This document shows positions 57,303 through 64,000 of a DNA stretch of 64,000 nucleotides, piece after piece; within the stretch, counting starts at the first letter, position 1, and each line of letters opens with the position of its first letter. This DNA is from ANME-2 cluster archaeon (GTDB lineage: Archaea; Halobacteriota; Methanosarcinia; Methanosarcinales; Methanocomedenaceae), in NCBI GenBank assembly GCA_019429385.1, contig JAHYIS010000004.1:7597-71596 (forward strand), written 5' to 3'. A program made the position numbers and the translations under genes. The notes below the pieces were generated by a model. The model searched no databases, had not been told where the DNA came from, and saw only the letters and a program-made list of their open reading frames with translations.

Positions 57303-57342
57303 ATACCATTAACTTTAATAGTCAATGAGAAGTGCATAGACT

Positions 57343-57633
57343 ATGTACATCAAGATATACGAAACCGATGAATCTATACTGGTAACGGTATGTGATAGAG
57401 AACTCATCGGCAAGACCCTGAAAGGAAATGGTCTGAAACTGGAAATCGACGAAGAATTTTATAAGGGTGAACTGGCAGATGCTGCACAGGTAAAAACAGC
57501 ACTGCTGGATGCCACGACCGCAAATATTGTAGGCGAGCGTAGTATTGATATTGCCATAAAATGCAGGGCTATAGATAAATCATGTCTGATTTACATTGAT
57601 GGTGTACCTCACGCCCAGATGTTCTGTGTGTGA
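57343..57633 (+). CDS. DUF424-family small protein
   Basis: The sequence MYIKIYETDESILVTVCDRELIGKTL matches the DUF424 N-terminal pattern as I remember it. Confidence 0.6.
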   Translation: MYIKIYETDESILVTVCDRELIGKTLKGNGLKLEIDEEFYKGELADAAQVKTALLDATTANIVGERSIDIAIKCRAIDKSCLIYIDGVPHAQMFCV

Positions 57634-57719
57634 AACTAAGATTTTGGGGAGCATTTATAAATATATTTGTTATTCCGGATTATTTGATTATTTGATTATT
57701 TCCATAGGAGAAATCCATC

Positions 57720-58394
57720 ATGACAGAGATAGAAAACCAGGCAGAATATCATCCTGTATCAATATTGAGCGATGTAGAATTGCATTCTGTTGTAATTAAT
57801 AAACACAAGAAGTTCTTGCAGGATTTTACTGAAGAACTGGATCGTCTGGATGAACCAGTAAACAGTAAAAGGACAGAATACCAGCGTATCAATAATGAAC
57901 TGGAAGCACTTGAGACACGAATTGTTGTGCTCAGAGAAAAACGTCATCAACTTTATCACCAGGCAACAAAATTACGTTTAAAACTTTTGAGTGGTGTTGA
58001 TACAAACGAACACTTACTGCATAGAGAAAAAGAGATAAGTGATATAGATAACAGATTGCAGAATGCCAGTATGTCTTCAAGCGAAGAGTTGGCATGCATC
58101 GACAGGATAGGTGCACTGGTAAATGAAATGATGCAGGGTTTACCTGAACTGAATGATGTGCAGCGTGGAGATTTTTTATCAATTCTGGATGTTCTCAAGA
58201 CCGCTGAATCTGCACGAAAAGAACTGGACATTATGGTAGATGCTCCAGCAAAGCACAAATCAGAATCCGCTTCAATAAAGGAAGATTTCGAAGAGATGGA
58301 ATCAAGGCAAAGATGGTTAAAACTCAGGATCGAACTTCATAATGATGCTCTTGAGTACTGGGAAAAGACCTTGGCAGGGGGAGAACAAAAATGA
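57720..58394 (+). CDS. coiled-coil protein
   Basis: It is heptad-rich and 224 aa. It overlaps the next coiled-coil gene by 4 bp. Confidence 0.6.
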   Translation: MTEIENQAEYHPVSILSDVELHSVVINKHKKFLQDFTEELDRLDEPVNSKRTEYQRINNELEALETRIVVLREKRHQLYHQATKLRLKLLSGVDTNEHLLHREKEISDIDNRLQNASMSSSEELACIDRIGALVNEMMQGLPELNDVQRGDFLSILDVLKTAESARKELDIMVDAPAKHKSESASIKEDFEEMESRQRWLKLRIELHNDALEYWEKTLAGGEQK

Positions 58395-59317
58395 ATGATG
58401 TCGTGGCTATGTCTGAAAATGAATTGAAGAACATAATCAATGTGCTCAATCAGCAGGTGGAACACAAGGAACAGGATATCAAGGATCTCTACCAGGAAAT
58501 GAAACTGCATAACAAGGGGGCAAATGAACTCAGGAAAAAACGTGACGAACTTAACCAACAGGTTAAAGAACTGAAAGAATCTGCTACTGAATTAAGGACC
58601 AGACGCGATGAGGTCAATAAGAAGATTGCTGAACTGAAAAAACAACGGGATGATATCAGGAGCAACAGTGATGGTTATACTGATAAAATAAGTGAATTGA
58701 AAAAGATTCGTGATAACCTGAACAAAATAGCAAGGGGCAGGCTTGAATCCCTCACAGAGGCATACAGGACTGAGCTGGAAAAGTTCTCCACATCTGATAT
58801 ACCATTGGATTATGAGCAGTCGCTGATGAAGAGATTGAGTGAACTGGGAGACCGTCTTAAAGCCATACAGGAAGCAAACACTATCCATAATGAGATGGGG
58901 GGTATCTACGGAAAAGTGAGCAAATTCCATCAGGAGATTGACACATTCAATGCTTTGATCCACGACCTGGCAAGTGAGTCCCAGTCTTATCACGAAGATA
59001 TGCTGGATGCTTATAATAAAATGGACGAAATCAGGAAAAAATCAGACGAATATCACAGGCGTTTGCTTGAGATATACGAGTTTACTAATCCTATTAAAGA
59101 GAAGATCGATGCTGTTAAAAATTCAGTTTCCCAAACCCGGGATGAACTGGATGTATACCTGGACCAGATGAAAGAGATACAGCTTGTTAAGGACCAGAAA
59201 AATCTGGACGAAAAACGGGTGAATGCTAAAGATAAATTCCAGAAAAAGGGTAAACTGAGTTTGGAAGACTTGAGATTACTTCTGGAAAATGACGAAATAG
59301 AATTTGTGAAGAAGTGA
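58391..59317 (+). CDS. archaeal coiled-coil protein (COG1340-like)
   Basis: It is 308 aa and almost entirely predicted coiled coil (K/E/L-rich heptads). Confidence 0.6.
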   Translation: MNDVVAMSENELKNIINVLNQQVEHKEQDIKDLYQEMKLHNKGANELRKKRDELNQQVKELKESATELRTRRDEVNKKIAELKKQRDDIRSNSDGYTDKISELKKIRDNLNKIARGRLESLTEAYRTELEKFSTSDIPLDYEQSLMKRLSELGDRLKAIQEANTIHNEMGGIYGKVSKFHQEIDTFNALIHDLASESQSYHEDMLDAYNKMDEIRKKSDEYHRRLLEIYEFTNPIKEKIDAVKNSVSQTRDELDVYLDQMKEIQLVKDQKNLDEKRVNAKDKFQKKGKLSLEDLRLLLENDEIEFVKK

Positions 59318-61102
59318 GCCTGTGGCAAACCTACTGATATTCCATATTTTCTAATTCCAAATGCCATGATAACTTATATTATTAATTAATTTAATAAATC
59401 AAAGTTTTATTGAAATTAAATTAAAATAATAATGGTTATGCTTTATTAAAGTAATATTAGTGTTGCAAAACAAAAACCACATCTAATTGGGGCATAACCA
59501 TGATTAAGATTGTAGGCAAGGGATATAAATATTTCATCAAACAATTTGATGATTTTTTAGGTGTAAACAGTCTGAGTGTAATAAGTCTCAAGAGTGTTGA
59601 TGGCCAAAAAAGATACAAAGAAATCTTTCATAAAACGCCTGACGAAAAACAGATTACAAAAAAAATCCGAAATCTTTCAATATTTTAGTCAAAGCTCTCG
59701 GACTTTACACGAAAAATAAGATCGATTAGAAAATGTCAGAAAATAGTATGTGGAAACCAAGAAATTGTATTCACAGATACCCACAAAATAAAAAAGAAAA
59801 ACAAACATGAAAGCTATGGCATCCATGTTTTTCAAACGAAGCTTACTGATTTCATAAATGGTACCTTATCATAGCTAAAAAGAAAAATCAGGATACCCTA
59901 TAAAACAAAACCACTTAGGGGGAATAATGAAAAATATATGGAAGGTGTATTACCTGAAATTCAGATATCAGCCTTCCAAACATATCCTACTTTTCATGGA
60001 TATTTGAATCACTTGTTTGCATTAAATCCCTCAATTGATGACTTCTTCATGAATATGCAGATAAATCATGGTTATAAGCCGCAGAATAATTTTGATTTCC
60101 TCAACTTCAATAATATTTTCAAGTTAGAAGTAGCAAGATGCAAGCTTGGATATACACATTTTAATTCCTGGATTAGAGAATTCAACCAAAATAAGTCGTT
60201 GAGAACAGAATTTGGAATACAAAGCCATTATCACCTTGATGTGCGTTCTTATCTTAGAAATCTGAATATCATCAGTTCATGCTTGAATGAATATGCAGAT
60301 CAATTAAAACAAGAATGTAGAGCCCTGAATCTTATTGGCGATAAAATATGGATCTGGGATAGAAGATTCTTTGAATGCAATAGCAATGGTGTCAAGTGTA
60401 AAGAAACTGGGAAGTTTTCTGATCCTGATGCTGGGCATTACGTAAAAAAAACTGGAAAATATAGTGTACTTACAGGAACTGGTTATACTGATACTTGTCT
60501 CGTTGATCGATTGTGGGGATTACCTGTATATTGGGATGCAGTAAGTGCCAATAAAAATGATAATACAATATTTCAAGATACAATCATTGAGAGTATGAAA
60601 TCAACAGACTTGAAGCTGATTTTTCTCATTGGTGATGCAGGACCTGATAGTCATGGATCAAATAAAGTTGTGAAGGATTACAAAATAATTCCTGTTATAG
60701 CCGCACGAAGAAATAATGTTGGTGATATAATAAAAACGGATGAAGGTAACTGTTTCAGAGGTGAATATATCCCTAGGAAATTCCATCCACTGCTTGGCAA
60801 ATTATACAATCTTAGGACTATTATTGAACGTAGAAATTCTTACGAAGTGGTAGGATATCATCGTTCTGAAATGCCAACGAGAGGAATAAATTGGGCAAAT
60901 TGTTTTGTTTCAATTTCTAACGTTACTTCTCTACTTACTGCGTTAACTGCCTATAAAGTTGGGAGATTTGACTTGATTAGATCTCCGAGTGCTTTTAGAA
61001 GGTTGTCAATCTAAACCAGCAAAATAAATTTTTTAGAGATTAAAGGGTTAATTGATTTTTATTTTGATTTTCAGGTGAATCTAACATGTTTGCCACAGGC
61101 TC
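59316..61102 (+). mobile_element. insertion sequence with 15-bp perfect terminal inverted repeats
   Basis: The left end gagcctgtggcaaac (59316-59330) is the exact reverse complement of the right end gtttgccacaggctc (61088-61102). The interior is AT-rich and encodes a DDE-type transposase. No target-site duplication is visible. Confidence 0.7.
59938..61014 (+). CDS. DDE-type transposase (IS4/IS5-like), possibly N-terminally truncated
   Basis: The sequences LIGDAGPDSHGSN and IIERRNSYEVVGY resemble the second D and the E region of DDE_Tnp_1 transposases. A 62-aa ORF (59500-59688) upstream may be a detached N-terminal piece. Confidence 0.6.
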   Translation: MEGVLPEIQISAFQTYPTFHGYLNHLFALNPSIDDFFMNMQINHGYKPQNNFDFLNFNNIFKLEVARCKLGYTHFNSWIREFNQNKSLRTEFGIQSHYHLDVRSYLRNLNIISSCLNEYADQLKQECRALNLIGDKIWIWDRRFFECNSNGVKCKETGKFSDPDAGHYVKKTGKYSVLTGTGYTDTCLVDRLWGLPVYWDAVSANKNDNTIFQDTIIESMKSTDLKLIFLIGDAGPDSHGSNKVVKDYKIIPVIAARRNNVGDIIKTDEGNCFRGEYIPRKFHPLLGKLYNLRTIIERRNSYEVVGYHRSEMPTRGINWANCFVSISNVTSLLTALTAYKVGRFDLIRSPSAFRRLSI

Positions 61103-61169
61103 AATTTAGTACTATTTCTGGTTGTTTTTGTCTCATTGATCTTTAACGTTATCAGAAAAACCTGAATTT

Positions 61170-61556
61170 TTGGCACACGAACAACATTATTATTTAATTC
61201 CGCCACTTCTGGACCGTTTAGATACCTTTATCATTGATTATTTAATACCTTCCCGGTATAAGGTGATTCTTTTGGGATGGTTGGATGAACGATTACCAGA
61301 AACACAGAAAGCTTTTGCTGGAATAAGAGAGACAATATTCAAAGACGGTGCACTGGATGTAAAAACCAAGGAACTTATCGCAATCGTGGCAGGGAATTTG
61401 ATGAGATGCGAGTCCTGTGTACGTATCCATTCAGAGCGGGCCAAGCAACACGGTGCAACCGAAGATGAGATCGCAGAGGCGATATCCACGGGTCTTTTCG
61501 TGGCAGCAGGGAGCCAGATTCACTGGACCAGAGCGCTCGATGACATTATGAAATGA
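61170..61556 (+). CDS. carboxymuconolactone decarboxylase / AhpD-like family protein
   Basis: It has LDVKTKELIAIVAGNLMRCESCVRIH, i.e. a CxxC in the AhpD-like context. It uses a TTG start. Confidence 0.7.
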   Translation: MAHEQHYYLIPPLLDRLDTFIIDYLIPSRYKVILLGWLDERLPETQKAFAGIRETIFKDGALDVKTKELIAIVAGNLMRCESCVRIHSERAKQHGATEDEIAEAISTGLFVAAGSQIHWTRALDDIMK

Positions 61557-61615
61557 TATCCTGCATTAACCTGTCTTCGCAGTTGAGAGCAAATCTATTC
61601 TCAATAATACCTTTC

Positions 61616-62008
61616 TCACATTTTGTGTTGCAGGACATATCCCATGCCTATGGTGAAAATGGGCATCATGAGGTAGCGTAAGCCGATATCTGTGAAATAT
61701 TGGGTAATCGTCATAGGGAAGAATCCCATTGACACAAGACCCAGGTCAAAGACAAGACTTATTGCAAGCCATACTATTCCAATGGTAATTCCCTCTCGTA
61801 CATAATTTTCATTGATATCCTTGAAGTACATTACTGCGAGAGTTACACCCACCAACCCGCCTACTAATATCATTATTGTTTTGAAAAATGTCTCAGGTAT
61901 CAGGAAGTTACCACCTGCATCCACGAATGGGATTCCTGCGATAAAAGGAATTAACCATAAAAGAAATCCGAAAAGAATTATCTTTAGATATTTATTCATA
62001 TATACCAC
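61616..62008 (-). CDS. four-TM membrane protein
   Basis: It is a 130-aa hydrophobic ORF. Confidence 0.45.
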   Translation of the reverse strand: MVYMNKYLKIILFGFLLWLIPFIAGIPFVDAGGNFLIPETFFKTIMILVGGLVGVTLAVMYFKDINENYVREGITIGIVWLAISLVFDLGLVSMGFFPMTITQYFTDIGLRYLMMPIFTIGMGYVLQHKM

Positions 62009-62207
62009 TCCTTATATTTCCTTTGTTATCGGGAACAAGCAACATCTTACATATTTTTGTGGTTACTTGTATGCTCAAAGATATATATGAAATATTATAA
62101 AATATTATCCGCAGTCCTTAGCCAAAATGAAGAGCTTGTAAAGGGTTAAGCACATCAAGTTCTATTCTTAATCAACATTAATACCAGGACAACAATACTT
62201 TAGAGAG

Positions 62208-62918
62208 GTGGTGACCTTAACAGCACCCACAATCCAAACCATGCTCACCAACAGAGAAAAAGAACTGCATGACCTCATCCGGTATCCGGCAGAAAAACTC
62301 GCCAGCATTATCAGGGAAATAGGATTCGAGTGCGATCTGTGCGGTCGCTGCTGTACAGAAGAATTCAATGACCACGTATTCCTGCTCGATACCGATACTG
62401 CCCTTATCAAACAGATAGACCCCTCTGCATTAACACCAGCCCCCTACTTCGAGTTCTGCGACCAGCACGGGAAGTTCTATGTATCGGGCTATGCCCTGAA
62501 AAGCAAACCTGGCGGTGCATGTTATTTCCTGGAAGGAGGGCGGTGCCGCATATATTCCCAACGCCTTTCGATATGTCGCATCTATCCTTATATGCTGCAC
62601 AGGGAAGCAGATGAGGCAGGGATTGTGGACTGGCGGCAGGTCAGCGGTTTGAACGAACACGGATGTTACTATTCAGAGATAGGAGAGAACGAGGCTGGAG
62701 AGATAGCAAAGGATACCATGGATTATGAAAAGTCATTCCTGGAACAGGAGATCCGTTTCCTGAAAGCCATAGATATCCACTTTCGTAAGAATGGACTCAG
62801 GCATGTTCAAAGAATGTATGACCGGCAGATGAGACTCAGCCGGGAAGGAGAAAGGATAGAGGTCTGGGTTTTTTACAATGGCACATTTGAGATAAACAGG
62901 CTACCTGCAGAACAATAA
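62208..62918 (+). CDS. YkgJ-family (UPF0153) Cys-cluster protein
   Basis: It has the CDLCGRCC motif and downstream GGACYFLEGGRCRIY. It uses a GTG start preceded by agagaggtg. Confidence 0.7.
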   Translation: MVTLTAPTIQTMLTNREKELHDLIRYPAEKLASIIREIGFECDLCGRCCTEEFNDHVFLLDTDTALIKQIDPSALTPAPYFEFCDQHGKFYVSGYALKSKPGGACYFLEGGRCRIYSQRLSICRIYPYMLHREADEAGIVDWRQVSGLNEHGCYYSEIGENEAGEIAKDTMDYEKSFLEQEIRFLKAIDIHFRKNGLRHVQRMYDRQMRLSREGERIEVWVFYNGTFEINRLPAEQ

Positions 62919-62925
62919 AAGTGTG

Positions 62926-63243
62926 TCAATGATGAAACGTTGTTTTCATCCTTTGACTGAACCCCTCATTGACTATATTCACGAAATGTTTAAAGAATAG
63001 AGCGAATCCTGTTATTGCCAGCAAAATCCCTATTCCAAAGATGGTTTGTTGTGACAGAGATGTCGGAAGCCTTGTATTTTTGTCCTCATAACCGGTAATT
63101 TCCCTGGGGATGGAGAAAAAATCCAGAAGCACAGGGGAAAACAATAGCAGTAAAAGAGCTATAATGACCAGTACGAATCCCGTACTAACTTCATCTACAT
63201 CTTGATTTCGGTTTCTTATCATCTTTGACACCTCACATGTCAA
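62926..63243 (-). CDS. small membrane protein
   Basis: It is 105 aa with two hydrophobic helices. Confidence 0.4.
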   Translation of the reverse strand: MTCEVSKMIRNRNQDVDEVSTGFVLVIIALLLLLFSPVLLDFFSIPREITGYEDKNTRLPTSLSQQTIFGIGILLAITGFALFFKHFVNIVNEGFSQRMKTTFHH

Positions 63244-63319
63244 GATAATAATATATGTTAGAGACTATCGGTAATAAATCCTTTCCTTCAATAATTGAAA
63301 ACATTAGCCATTTAAAAGA

Positions 63320-63514
63320 TTATTCAATGATGACAATTTGATAGTCCCTGTCAATCAACCATGCATGGAACTCGTGCGCCTTGCATTTCTGGCACTCTTC
63401 CTTCCTTACTACGTCAATGGCCATCTGGTCGGGAGCCACATTTATCTTCAGTTGGGAAGGACACCGGATGTCCCTGCAAAATTCCCGCTTCTGGTATTCC
63501 CTGACAATCTCCAT
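63320..63514 (-). CDS. small Cys-containing protein
   Basis: It is 64 aa with CRDIRC ... CQKC. It starts 16 nt after the dehydrogenase stop on the same strand. Confidence 0.4.
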   Translation of the reverse strand: MEIVREYQKREFCRDIRCPSQLKINVAPDQMAIDVVRKEECQKCKAHEFHAWLIDRDYQIVIIE

Positions 63515-63529
63515 TCATTACACTCCTTA

Positions 63530-64000
63530 CTATTTCTGGGGTTCGATAATTATTTTCATGGATTCACCAGCACCCGCCACACGTTTGAACCCCTCACCGG
63601 TATCAGCAAGGCCGAATCGGTGAGTGATCATAGCATTGACCTCAACCCTGCCTGCACGTATCAACTCGATGGCTGCCGTAATATCCATCGGACTGGCGCC
63701 GTATGAATGAACAATACAGACCTCATTCTTCCACAGGTCAAATACCGGTAAAGGCACCGTTACCCCGGGTTCGGGCGAGGCGAAGAACAAAATGGTGCCA
63801 CCCCGCTCCACCGATGCCAGCGCCTGGGTTATGGCTGGCACGGCACCGGTACAGATAATTACTACATCGGCCAGGTGGCCGTCATTGAGTTCCATCAGGC
63901 GCCCAGGCACATTATCCTGTGCATTGATAACCTGTGCCCCGGAATTTGATGCCATATCCAGCCTGTACGGATTAATATCCGTGGCAAATATGCTGCCGGC
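63530..64000 (-). CDS. zinc-type (MDR) alcohol/threonine dehydrogenase family protein; N-terminus outside the window
   Basis: The C-terminal Rossmann half is typical of the MDR family (DVVIICTGAVPAITQALASVERGGTILFF...). The frame remains open to 64000. Confidence 0.75.
   Translation of the reverse strand, partial: AGSIFATDINPYRLDMASNSGAQVINAQDNVPGRLMELNDGHLADVVIICTGAVPAITQALASVERGGTILFFASPEPGVTVPLPVFDLWKNEVCIVHSYGASPMDITAAIELIRAGRVEVNAMITHRFGLADTGEGFKRVAGAGESMKIIIEPQK

Noticed and set aside
57678-57701. A 3 x 8-bp microrepeat (gattattt) upstream of the coiled-coil gene.
   Set aside because: It is short, AT-rich and low-complexity sequence in a promoter region, and it is likely trivial.

Overview
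This is an archaeal chromosomal segment. It carries TBP, MCM, Hel308, the aIF-1A/Rio1/KH cluster, deoxyhypusine synthase, archaeal-style promoters and tRNA-Ile(GAU). The presence of ccmE/ccmF/ccdA suggests a cytochrome-c-making, Methanosarcinales-like organism. That placement is inference only, because no database search was possible. About 70 genes lie on both strands and most are housekeeping: leuS, proAB, pyrF, dys, nadE, trkA/trkH, an aminotransferase, a site-2 protease and HIT. Eight things deserve a second look. (1) An RRE-radical SAM-SPASM maturase-like gene sits next to an unlisted 21-codon Cys-rich ORF and a 75-aa partner, beside ccmE. This is a candidate archaeal RiPP cassette. (2) A BlaI/CopY-like repressor gene is accompanied by five TACA-N5-TGTA dyads. 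These occur only in front of the thioredoxin/PCYCGC/ccdA/NapH-like/ccmF operon and in front of ccmE. (3) A bacterial-type tgt-queA (queuosine) pair is embedded among archaeal genes. (4) Two near-perfect intergenic tandem arrays are present, 8 x 36 bp and about 5 x 57 bp. (5) An orphan HgdB-like protein is paired with an HgdC-like activase. (6) A PRTase-GNAT fusion and a small zinc-ribbon ORF occupy an AT-rich islet. (7) The aIF-1A gene has conserved N-terminal sequence upstream of any ATG/GTG/TTG. (8) A 1.8-kb IS with 15-bp terminal inverted repeats is inserted exactly at a stop codon. All family assignments come from reading motifs by eye and none is a search result.
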